The notes under the pieces are model-generated. The model did no database searches, was not told the origin of the DNA, and worked only from the letters and a program-made list of their open reading frames with translations. This document shows, piece by piece, positions 13,901 to 25,123 of a stretch of DNA of 64,000 bases. Position 1 is the first letter of the stretch. Every line of letters starts with the position of its first letter. Origin of the DNA: Eledone cirrhosa (Eukaryota); contig OZ024743.1 of NCBI GenBank assembly GCA_964016885.1, forward strand, positions 36,766,001 to 36,830,000. Direction: 5' to 3'. The translations under genes and the position numbers were made by a program.

Positions 13901-16900
13901 AAGTGCATAGAGGGGGGGGGGGGGTAGGAACTGAGAGAGATACAATAGGATTAGAATACCGCATGGTAAATATCCAAGTTAATAAGTTAATACTACATCA
14001 GTAAAATTAACAATAATAACGTCATGAAAAAAGCTACTAAGAGAAACCCTCGAAAATTTATCGCTAATACAGCAGGGAAAATTTAACGCTAATACAGCAG
14101 GGAACATCATAATATTAACGACATGAAAAAGCTACTAAGAGAAACCCTCGAAAATTTATCGCTAATACAGCAGGGAAAATTTAACGCTAATACAGCAGGG
14201 AACATCATAATATTAACGACAATATGTAGGCTAAAATACCTTCGTAGATTAGGTGGATGGCTGGCTGGGAAAATTTGAATCAGCTCTAGTGGTACATTTT
14301 AGCAGAGAAGAATGGCAAAGTGTCTTATCTCTTCAATATTTTAAAATCGAATGAATTAGGTTAAAGACAGGGTAGTAAGCCTTAAAGAAGTGCATAGAGG
14401 GAGGGGGGGTAGGAACTGAGAGAGATACAATAGGATTAGAATACCGCATGGTAAATATCCAAGTTAATAAGTTAATACTACATCAGTAAAATTAACAATA
14501 ATAACGTCATGAAAAAAGCTACTAAGAGAAACCCTCGAAAATTTATCGCTAATACAGCAGGGAAAATTTAACGCTAATACAGCAGGGAACATCATAATAT
14601 TAACGACATGAAAAAGCTACTAAGAGAAACCCTCGAAAATTTATCGCTAATACAGCAGGGAAAATTTAACGCTAATACAGCAGGGAACATCATAATATTA
14701 ACGACAATATGTAGGCTAAAATACCTTCGTAGATTAGGTGGATGGCTGGCTGGGAAAATTTGAATCAGCTCTAGTGGTACATTTTAGCAGAGAAGAATGG
14801 CAAAGTGTCTTATCTCTTCAATATTTTCAGATTGAATGAATTAGGTTAAAGACAGGGTAGTAAGCCTTAAAGAAGTGCATAGAGGGGGGGGGGGGGTAGG
14901 AACTGAGAGAGATACAATAGGATTAGAATACCGCATGGTAAATATCCAAGTTAATAAGTTAATACTACATCAGTAAAATTAACAATAATAACGTCATGAA
15001 AAAAGCTACTAAGAGAAACCCTCGAAAATTTATCGCTAATACAGCAGGGAAAATTTAACGCTAATACAGCAGGGAACATCATAATATTAACGACATGAAA
15101 AAGCTACTAAGAGAAACCCTCGAAAATTTATCACTAATACAGCAGGGAAAATTTAACGCTAATACAGCAGGGAACATCATAATATTAACGACAATATGTA
15201 GGCTAAAATACCTTCGTAGATTAGGTGGATGGCTGGCTGGGAAAATTTGAATCAGCTCTAGTGGTACATTTTAGCAGAGAAGAATGGCAAAGTGTCTTAT
15301 CTCTTCAATATTTTCAGATTGAATGAATTAGGTTAAAGACAGGGTAGTAAGCCTTAAAGAAGTGCATAGAGGGGGGGGGGGTAGGAACTGAGAGAGATAC
15401 AATAGGATTAGAATACCGCATGGTAAATATCCAAGTTAATAAGTTAATACTACATCAGTAAAATTAACAATAATAACGTCATGAAAAAAGCTACTAAGAG
15501 AAACCCTCGAAAATTTATCGCTAATACAGCAGGGAAAATTTAACGCTAATACAGCAGGGAACATCATAATATTAACGACATGAAAAAGCTACTAAGAGAA
15601 ACCCTCGAAAATTTATCGCTAATACAGCAGGGAAAATTTAACGCTAATACAGCAGGGAACATCATAATATTAACGACAATATGTAGGCTAAAATACCTTC
15701 GTAGATTAGGTGGATGGCTGGCTGGGAAAATTTGAATCAGCTCTAGTGGTACATTTTAGCAGAGAAGAATGGCAAAGTGTCTTATCTCTTCAATATTTTC
15801 AGATTGAATGAATTAGGTTAAAGACAGGGTAGTAAGCCTTAAAGAAGTGCATAGAGGGGGGGGGGGGGGTAGGAACTGAGAGAGATACAATAGGATTAGA
15901 ATACCGCATGGTAAATATCCAAGTTAATAAGTTAATACTACATCAGTAAAATTAACAATAATAACGTCATGAAAAAGCTACTAAGAGAAACCCTCGAAAA
16001 TTTATCGCTAATACAGCAGGGAAAATTTAACGCTAATACAGCAGGGAACATCATAATATTAACGACATGAAAAAGCTACTAAGAGAAACCCTCGAAAATT
16101 TATCGCTAATACAGCAGGGAAAATTTAACGCTAATACAGCAGGGAACATCATAATATTAACGACAATATGTAGGCTAAAATACCTTCATAGATTAGGTGG
16201 ATGGCTGGCTGGGAAAATTTGAATCAGCTCTAGTGGTACATTTTAGCAGAGAAGAATGGCAAAGTGTCTTATCTCTTCAATATTTTCAGATTGAATGAAT
16301 TAGGTTAAAGACAGGGTAGTAAGCCTTAAAGAAGTGCATAGAGGGGGGGGGGGGGTAGGAACTGAGAGAGATACAATAGGATTAGAATACCGCATGGTAA
16401 ATATCCAAGTTAATAAGTTAATACTACATCAGTAAAATTAACAATAATAACGTCATGAAAAAAGCTACTAAGAGAAACCCTCGAAAATTTATCGCTAATA
16501 CAGCAGGGAAAATTTAACGCTAATACAGCAGGGAACATCATAATATTAACGACATGAAAAAGCTACTAAGAGAAACCCTCGAAAATTTATCACTAATACA
16601 GCAGGGAAAATTTAACGCTAATACAGCAGGGAACATCATAATATTAACGACAATATGTAGGCTAAAATACCTTCGTAGATTAGGTGGATGGCTGGCTGGG
16701 AAAATTTGAATCAGCTCTAGTGGTACATTTTAGCAGAGAAGAATGGCAAAGTGTCTTATCTCTTCAATATTTTCAGATTGAATGAATTAGGTTAAAGACA
16801 GGGTAGTAAGCCTTAAAGAAGTGCATAGAGGGGGGGGGGGTAGGAACTGAGAGAGATACAATAGGATTAGAATACCGCATGGTAAATATCCAAGTTAATA

Positions 16901-18044
16901 AGTTAATACTACATCAGTAAAATTAACAATAATAACGTCATGAAAAAAGCTACTAAGAGAAACCCTCGAAAATTTATCGCTAATACAGCAGGGAAAATTT
17001 AACGCTAATACAGCAGGGAACATCATAATATTAACGACATGAAAAAGCTACTAAGAGAAACCCTCGAAAATTTATCGCTAATACAGCAGGGAAAATTTAA
17101 CGCTAATACAGCAGGGAACATCATAATATTAACGACAATATGTAGGCTAAAATACCTTCGTAGATTAGGTGGATGGCTGGCTGGGAAAATTTGAATCAGC
17201 TCTAGTGGTACATTTTAGCAGAGAAGAATGGCAAAGTGTCTTATCTCTTCAATATTTTCAGATTGAATGAATTAGGTTAAAGACAGGGTAGTAAGCCTTA
17301 AAGAAGTGCATAGAGGGGGGGGGGGGGGGTAGGAACTGAGAGAGATACAATAGGATTAGAATACCGCATGGTAAATATCCAAGTTAATAAGTTAATACTA
17401 CATCAGTAAAATTAACAATAATAACGTCATGAAAAAGCTACTAAGAGAAACCCTCGAAAATTTATCGCTAATACAGCAGGGAAAATTTAACGCTAATACA
17501 GCAGGGAACATCATAATATTAACGACATGAAAAAGCTACTAAGAGAAACCCTCGAAAATTTATCGCTAATACAGCAGGGAAAATTTAACGCTAATACAGC
17601 AGGGAACATCATAATATTAACGACAATATGTAGGCTAAAATACCTTCGTAGATTAGGTGGATGGCTGGCTGGGAAAATTTGAATCAGCTCTAGTGGTACA
17701 TTTTAGCAGAGAAGAATGGCAAAGTGTCTTATCTCTTCAATATTTTCAGATTGAATGAATTAGGTTAAAGACAGGGTAGTAAGCCTTAAAGAAGTGCATA
17801 GAGGGGGGGGGGGGGGTAGGAACTGAGAGAGATACAATAGGATTAGAATACCGCATGGTAAATATCCAAGTTAATAAGTTAATACTACATCAGTAAAATT
17901 AACAATAATAACGTCATGAAAAAAGCTACTAAGAGAAACCCTCGAAAATTTATCGCTAATACAGCAGGGAAAATTTAACGCTAATACAGCAGGGAACATC
18001 ATAATATTAACGACATGAAAAAGCTACTAAGAGAAACCCTCGAA
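1981..18044. repeat. Tandem array of ~486-bp units (33 units plus a partial one), with internal ~98-bp and ~24-26-bp sub-duplications and a variable G-run
   Basis: G-runs recur at 2427, 2913, 3398, 3883 ... 17803; units are nearly identical. Confidence 0.98.
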
Positions 18045-18084
18045 TGATGATGATGATGATGATGATATCATTATTGTTATAGTA

Positions 18085-18876
18085 CAGTGGATTGGGAGTC
18101 AAAATTGAGTTCAAAATGCCCCAAGGTCAATTTCGACTCATTCTTGGATTAATAAAATAATGTACCAGTCACATACTGGGGTCGACACAATCAAATAATG
18201 CTTCCTGTATCCACGTTGCCTGACTGTATCTCTTATTATTTTTATTATTATTATTGGCAAGTGGGTGGTGGATTGGCAGTATCTGTAGAGGGTTGGATGC
18301 CATGCTTTGCAGCATAGAGTTACGGCCCTTTATGATCTGAGTTCAAATCTCGCCAAGGTTAACTTTGCCTTTCATCTTTACGAGGTCAATAAAATAAAGT
18401 ACCAGTAATACACTGGAATAATTGCTGGCCTTGTGCGAAAAGTAGAAACAATTATTATTATTGGCAAGGACAATGGATTGGCAGACTCAGTAGAGAGTAA
18501 AGAAAAATGCTTTGCAGTATTTGTTCTTTTTTTTTTCATGTGAGTTCAAATCTTAAGATCTACTTTGCCTTTCATCCTTCCAGGGTCAATAAATAAATTA
18601 CCAGTCATGTACTGGGATTGCTGTCATCAATTTTCCTCCAAAATTTCTGGACTTTCACCTAAATTAGAAATTATCATCATTATTATTGGATTGGCAGTAT
18701 CGGTAGAGGGTCGGAAGCCACGCTTTGACGCATAGAGTTGCGGCCCTTTCCATTCTGAGTTCAAATCCCGCTGAGGTTAACTTTGCCTTTCAGCCTTACG
18801 GGGTCGATAAAATAAAGTATCAGTAATGTACTGGGTAATTGCTGGCCTTGTGCCAAAAGTAGAAACAATTATTATT
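18085..18876 (+). mobile_element. Head-to-tail chain of four copies of the same tRNA-derived SINE family as 712-1300
   Basis: Copies at ~18085-18200, ~18265-18460, ~18474-18685, ~18686-18876, with the same A/B boxes and core, separated by (ATT)n. Confidence 0.85.
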
Positions 18877-18906
18877 ACATGGCAGTAAGAGTAAATTGCC
18901 AGACTA

Positions 18907-19030
18907 AATGAAATTATTGTGTACAGTGCTCAGGTGCACTACAACTCATCAAAGGTGCATGTATAGTACATAGAATAATGTACAAATGTCAGGAAAATGA
19001 ACAGTGTATGAGTCATGATATAATAACAAC
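18907..19030 (-). mobile_element. ~125-bp short element made of a CR1-type 3' tail
   Basis: Similar to the CR1 3' UTR at 20011-20107 and nearly identical (inverted) to 22868-23008. Confidence 0.75.
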
Positions 19031-19058
19031 AATAATAATAATGAAATATTGTGTACAG

Positions 19059-20010
19059 CGATAAAATCAGCAGTGGGGGAGGGTGCTCTGAAAGTACAGT
19101 AGCTAGAGTCAGAACTGGTTGGAAAAAGTTCAGAGAGCTTATACCACTATTAGCTGCTAAAGGGTTCTCCCTAAAAATGAAAGGCAGGTTGTACGATGCC
19201 TGCATACGAACAGCAATGTTGCATGGCAGTGAGACCTGGGCATTGTGTGCAGAGGATATACGCAGACTAGAGAGGAATGAAGCTTGCATGCTCCGCTGGA
19301 TGTGTAACAGTTATATACGTGAACGGCAAAGCATAAACGAACTAAGGAAAAAATTAGAGATAAGAGGGATCAGATGTTGTTTACTCGAGAGAAGGCTACG
19401 TTGGTATGGACACGTGATGCGCATGAAAGTCGATAGCTGTATAACAAAGTGCAGGGCAATAAAGATAGACGGTAGCCACGGAGTAGGCAGACCTAGAAAA
19501 ACCTTAGACGAGCTGATAAACTCCGATCTCACACACTTACACCTCTCCAAGACAATGTCACTGGACCGAGACCTTTGGCGGTACTCAGTAACAGAGAAGA
19601 CCCGCCTTACCTAAATATATAGTAAAACCTACTCCAGCCAGTAGGCATCTCTAACAAATACACCCCGTCCCACCACCACCACCCCCACCCCATCCACACC
19701 ACCCCGTTCTATGTAAAGTTATGTTGGTGCCGCGCCATCCAGGCCGAAACAAATGAGATCGTGTAGGTGACACGACAAAAAAACACACAGTCCACGCTGT
19801 AATGTGGCCGTGTAGGCAACACGGTAAAAACCTCCCAGACCCACACTGTAAATGTGGTTGGTGTTAGGAAGGGCATCCAGCTGTAGAAAACCTGCCAGAC
19901 AGTCCTATGCGAGCAAGACAATCACTCTTGCCTCAAGTGGGACTACCCCCGTCCAAACCCATGCAAGCGTGGAACACGGACGTTAAACGTTGATGATGAT
20001 GATGATGATG
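19059..20010 (+). mobile_element. 5'-truncated RTE-clade LINE nested in the CR1 3' end
   Basis: ...GGGCSESTVARVRTGWKKFREL...[12 protein letters not shown]...GRPRKT...; stop at 19614; 3' terminus CCCATGCAAGCGTGGAACACGGACGTTAAA plus (TGA)n. Confidence 0.9.
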
Positions 20011-20140
20011 AGTGCCCAGGTGCACCACAACTCATCAAAAAGTGCATGTACAGTACATAGGGCAAAGCACAAACATCAGTAAAATGAACAGTGCACGAGT
20101 CATGATACACACATGTCTGCATGTGTATGGAAGGGGTACA

Positions 20141-23050
20141 TCAGGTGTAGTTTTGGCGTATTTCGGGAAGCATGAGTGTCTTAAAGGATGCAGTGTCTCG
20201 GCAGCTAACAACTGACGCAGGCAGTTTGTTCCATGCTTCAGCAACTCTGAGCGTGAAAAAATGTCTACGAAAGTCATGGGAGCTGTGCTGTTTTCTGATT
20301 TTGTAGGCATGTCCACGTGTGTTAGACACATGGAGATCAAAAAGGTGCTCAGGGTTGCAATTGGCGAGATGGTTAATAACTTTGTGGGTATGCCAGACGT
20401 CGGAGCTTCAATGAATCCATGCCCAGGGAAGCAAGGCGTTCAGAGTATGGTAGGTGTCTGATGGAGGGTATGCGCTTGGTTGCACGTCTCTGAACAGTTT
20501 CCAGGAGGTCAATGTTCTGAGCAAGATAGGGGTTCCAGACTGATGATGCGAATTCCAAGTGTGGTCGTACCATAGCTGTATACAGTTTTAAATAGATGGC
20601 TGGAGAGCGGCTAACAAAGGTCTTGCTGAGTGATGCCAAGACACCCTCGGCCTTCTTGACAATTTTAGAGACATGCTTTGTCCAATGCAAATCGCTGCTG
20701 ACAGTAATGCCCAGGTCACGTTCACAAGAGGACTTCTTGATATCAGTGTTGTGGAGGGAGTATGTGGACGCTGGATTTTTCCTTCCAAAATGCATGGTGG
20801 TACACTTGTCCACAGCCAGCTTCAGTTGCCAGTCTGTGATCCATTGCTGCATTGTGTTCAGGTCTGATTGTGGGAAAGAGTTGTAAATTTCAGGATCAGT
20901 CCTTTTGATTTCAAGGTACAGCTTGATGTCATCTGCATATTTCAGTATCGTGGCATTCTGTAAGTTGGCATCTATGTCATTAATATATGCCACAAACAAA
21001 AGGGGACCAAGAACAGATCCCTGTGGTACACCAGATGACATCTCATATGCTGAAGAATGCTGTCCTAGAACCGTGACTACTTCTTTTCGGCTGAGAATGA
21101 AGGATTTCAACCAGTCGAAAAGATCATCCCTCACACCCATTGCAGAGAGTTTTGCCATAAGTCTTTTGTGTGGCACAGAATTAAAAGCCTTAGCAAAGTC
21201 AAGGTAAACAACATCCACCCATGAGCCGCTGTCAGTGATCCGGGTGATGTCCTCAAGGAACTCGATAAGCTGATCACAGCAGCTGGAGTTAGGGATAAAT
21301 CCAAACTGTGAGGGCCGGATGAGGCTGTGAGAGCTCCAGAAGTTCCAAAGTGTTTCTCTGACACAGGATTCCATCAGTTTGGCCATACAGCTAGTAAGAC
21401 TGACTGGACGATAGTTGACAGGTGACATGCGGTTGCCCTTTTTGAACAGGGGAATGACACTGGCAGTTTTCCACTGCTCCGGAGTAGCACCATTGTTGAG
21501 ACAGTATTGAAAGAAGAAAGAAAGCTGGCGCAAAAGGAAATACCCGCCACGTTTGAGAAGCAGGTATGTCACCCCATCAAGACCAGGGGAGGCATAGTTG
21601 CGCTTATTCTTAAGGTGACGTCGCAACATTGCAGTTGTAAATTCCATAGTTGTTATGGAATTTGATGTTAGAGATGGTGGAGATGGTACATTCTGGTTTT
21701 CAACAGTAAAAATACTTGCATAGCACTCAGCAATGAGTTCTGCGCATTCTTTGGGATCGTCAGTGATCTGGCTTGTGTGGGGATTGCGAAGAGGACCAAC
21801 TGGAGAGTGAGGTCTCTGCTTTGAATGAACATATTTCCAGAACACCTTACTGTCAGGATTGGTTGCTATGCACTGTTCAAATTCAAGCACTGCCTTCTTT
21901 GTCACTTGCTTGAGATGGTTAGAAGATTTATTCCGCTTTTTTCTGTTGGCATCTGATCTATGCAGTTTATATTCCCGTTCAGCGTTCCAACGTTCTTTCC
22001 TGGCAAGTCGGACCGCTGAAGTTTCCCAAATTGCACTTTTGGGGTGGTTATTTTTCCACTTACATGGCACCGATGCTGCACACGCTATCCATATTGAGTC
22101 CAGGATGCTCTGGAGTATAGTGTTCACATCTCCAGAGTTATACATCTCATGCCAGTTTGGGCGCTGTAGCTCAGTGCAGTACAAGTTCCAATCCACCCTC
22201 TTCCAATCAAAGCAAGCAGATTGGAGATGGCTCTGGTTTTTGTTGCTGCCCTCAAGTGCCAGATTGGCAATGATCATAGCATGATCAGAGTCGCCTAGAG
22301 GTTCCTCAGTAGTACAACTGATAACCACTTCAGGAGTAGTGGTGAAGATCAGGTCCAAAGTGTTGTCACCTCTTGTTGGAGAGGTGACTACTTGTGACCA
22401 GTTTGAGTCCAGCACTAGTTCAAGGAAATCGTTTGCACCTTGTGGCCAACGAAAGGTTTCCCAATCGATCTCAGGATGATTGAAGTCACCTGCAATAAAC
22501 ACATAAGTGGCTGTTTTCTTGGCAGCAACTCTGAGGATATCGCAAAGCTGTGTGTCCTGATGGTAGTTTGGGGGGCGATACACAACACCAAGCAGAAGTG
22601 TTGACATGGTCATACGTATGTCACAGAAAAAAACCTTCTTCCTGTGATTCGTTCAAATCAACGCAAGGAATTACCGAAAAGTTTGAACGAACGTAGACCA
22701 TCACACCACCACCACGGCGATTAATGCGGTCCTTGCGGAAAAGGTTGTACCCAGTAATGCTGAAAACCCCATCACAGAGTAAGGAATGTGCCCATGTTTC
22801 TGTGACTGTGATGAAGTCAGGGTCGATGCTTCTGATGTAGGATTCAAACAGATGTATCTTGTTGCATTGTTATTGTTATTATATCATGATTCATACACTG
22901 TTCATTTTCCTGACACTTTATTATTCTATGTACTATACATGCACCTTTGATGAGTTGTAGTGCACCTGAGCACTGTACACAATAATTTCATTATTATTAT
23001 TATTATTAATAAACTGCGAGCATTTAAGGACAACAATTTGTACCCTGCTC
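20141..23050 (-). pseudogene. CR1 ORF2 (AP-endonuclease plus reverse transcriptase), disrupted
   Basis: LNARSL/CNK, VTETW, RKDR..RRGGGV, VYRPP, GDFN, LDLIF, NYRPVSLTS, YLDFAKAF, SGVPQGSVLGPLLF, YADD, NTRGH..K, FFTLRV..WNKLP; frameshifts near 22630 and 20390; insertion at 22868-23008. Confidence 0.93.
22868..23008 (+). mobile_element. Short CR1-tail element with (TTA)n tail inserted antisense into CR1 ORF2
   Basis: Removing it restores N-A-R-S-L-C-N-K (aat gct cgc agt tta tgc aac aag on the minus strand); at most a 2-bp AT duplication. Confidence 0.85.
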
Positions 23051-23092
23051 ACAGTTTATGATGGTGTGTAGAGGGTGGCAGGTTGTTCTGGT

Positions 23093-24304
23093 TTAGTTTC
23101 CCAGAGTTGTAACAGTTTTTACATTGCCAGTTATTGTGGGTAGATCACACTCAGACCAGCTGGTATCTCTCTTCCACGTTTCACCAGCCTTGACAAACCT
23201 CCAGATTTGCCCATCATCACGCAGACTAAAACTTTCATGTTGTGCTGAGTTCCGATTCAAGGAAGCTGCAGCACGGAGCTTTGGACGTACATGGGGTGGT
23301 AGGCCTGGGCGTGTTCGGAAGGTAATCCGATTTTCACGCCCAGCTTTAACAGAGGCCAGATGGTATGAGGTTGCCTCAGCGGAGTCCGAAAAAGACAGCC
23401 TGATGAGTCTGGGATTTGGACCAGGTCGACCAAGGCGGAGAGCACCCTTTGGGGGAACACAGCCTAGGTCTTTGGCTGAGCTGGCAGCAAATGCCTGAAG
23501 ATCAGCCTTGTCCTCTGGTACCCCAATGGCAATCACTTCATGGGTAGCAGATTCCGCAGTCTTTCCAGTGTGGCCAGATACGGCAAGAGGTACAGGGAGA
23601 TTCTTTATCAAGGCATTCCGATAAGACCCCTCATTGTGGGGTCCTACCCGAATGCTTGCCTTTATTCCTGTTATTTCCCTTTTTAAAGCAGAAATCATTA
23701 GTTGCAATTCTGCAAAATCTGTACTGGTTGGTTGTTGTTGTTGTTGCTGCTGTTGTTGCTGCTGCTGCTGCTGCTGTTGGTGATGATGATGTTCCTCCAC
23801 GGGAATGGTAGGGGAAGACACAGTCGCAGGTTGTTGGTGTCGAGATGTACTGGGAGCGGAAGACATGGGTTGTTGTTGTTTCTGATGTTCTCCCACAGGA
23901 ACAGCAGCAGAAGCCAGTGTCATAGGTTTTTGCCGTTGTTCAGTAACAATGGTAGAGGAAGATACAGTCATTGGTTTTTGTTGTTGTTGTTGTTGTTTTT
24001 CAATAACATTAGTGGAGGCAGGCACACAGGCCAGGCACTGAAAGGACCAGGATTTTAGCTGGACCATCTCCCAGATTCCATCCATCATAGCATTATGATG
24101 TCTCTTTTTTTGGCCTGGGATCCTCCGGAAGCCTGTGGCGCATTGAAGGCAGACAGAGATGTGACAGGTTCCACATTCGACCCAGCGATTACGGAACGAG
24201 TTTTCGGGTTCCGCACAGATATGGCAGATGTGGTTTTCTGGGCAATGTTCTATTTTGGAACATCGACCAGTTTTGTTGCATACTTCATCCATGGATATCA
24301 CCAT
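23093..24304 (-). CDS. CR1 ORF1: PHD-like finger, polyQ linker, coiled coil, RRM-like domain
   Basis: Intact 403 aa; CHIC...WVECGTC...CLQC...CLAC; FAELQLMISALKREI; VIAIGVPE...RLGR...RLIRLSF; lies directly upstream of ORF2. Confidence 0.85.
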   Translation of the reverse strand: MVISMDEVCNKTGRCSKIEHCPENHICHICAEPENSFRNRWVECGTCHISVCLQCATGFRRIPGQKKRHHNAMMDGIWEMVQLKSWSFQCLACVPASTNVIEKQQQQQQKPMTVSSSTIVTEQRQKPMTLASAAVPVGEHQKQQQPMSSAPSTSRHQQPATVSSPTIPVEEHHHHQQQQQQQQQQQQQQQQPTSTDFAELQLMISALKREITGIKASIRVGPHNEGSYRNALIKNLPVPLAVSGHTGKTAESATHEVIAIGVPEDKADLQAFAASSAKDLGCVPPKGALRLGRPGPNPRLIRLSFSDSAEATSYHLASVKAGRENRITFRTRPGLPPHVRPKLRAAASLNRNSAQHESFSLRDDGQIWRFVKAGETWKRDTSWSECDLPTITGNVKTVTTLGN

Positions 24305-25123
24305 GGCAATTTTGTTATTTCAACCCATCCGTAGAAAAACACAGAATGTAAACAATATAGGTTTAGCGCACTTGATTACGATAGAAATAAAATGTCTGTT
24401 TTTTGTTTTGTTTTTTTGTGTATTTTGTTTCCGTTTTCCTAAATGTTGTGTGTGTACAGAAGAGTCTGTGCATGTAAACAAATAAATATGCTGCGTAAGT
24501 TAAATGAAACGTACTGTAGAAGGCAACAGTTTATTAACAGCGAAATAACGTTTTTTTTCTGATACTGCTTCTTTATAATAAACTTTCAATAATATTTTTC
24601 AAATTATTAACTTTCAGCTGCTAGTATATATATATATAATTAAAAGGTGTATGTGGGTTAGAAGCAAAGTCAATGTTCAGAGATATTTTACCAATGTACG
24701 TGAGATTGGCCGGTATCGTGTCTCACACGAAATAGTGTGGTTTCTTTTCACGTGTGTGTATATGCATATGGTATATATCTGTATATAAATAAATCTGTGT
24801 GTATATTGTTGTTTATATGTTTTGTGAAGTACTTACTGCGATCCCTAAGGGATGTAGTGATTTGTTTGTTTTTTTCCCTTTTTCCCCGTCCATGTCCACA
24901 CGTGGTTTGTTGGCGAAAATCAAGTCAAATTAAATATACTTCGTTAAAATAATTCTATGTTGAAGCTGGTACTAGTTGTCAGGGAACAGTCAGAGTAATT
25001 GTGATAATGAATATTGTAATCCATCTGACATGTGTTTAAAGGGCAGTTTTTGGTGAAAATATATTTTGTTTGGTCAAGACGTGGTCAAGCGACCTTCCTT
25101 GTCGCCATCTTGGTTTCCTATAT

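Larger units (their letters stand above)
19031..25118 (-). mobile_element. Near full-length CR1-clade LINE (~5 kb after removing two nested insertions)
   Basis: (ATT)n tail at ~19031-19042, 3' UTR, ORF2 (APE+RT), ORF1, and a 5' end proposed at the minus-strand GGAAACCAAGATGGCGAC (YY1-like) motif at 25101-25118; the 5' boundary is inferred. Confidence 0.8.

Noticed and set aside
1981-18044. The 486-bp array as a CRISPR array, rDNA/snRNA cluster or ribozyme array
   Set aside because: No unique spacers and eukaryotic context; no recognisable 5S/snRNA/tRNA; no CTGANGA...GAAA hammerhead core on either strand (CTGAGAG and CTGATGT do not fit).
18907-23008. Composite DNA transposon bounded by ~125-bp TIRs carrying RT genes
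   Set aside because: CR1 ORF2 continues in register beyond the right 'TIR', so the arms are separate insertions and not ends of one element.
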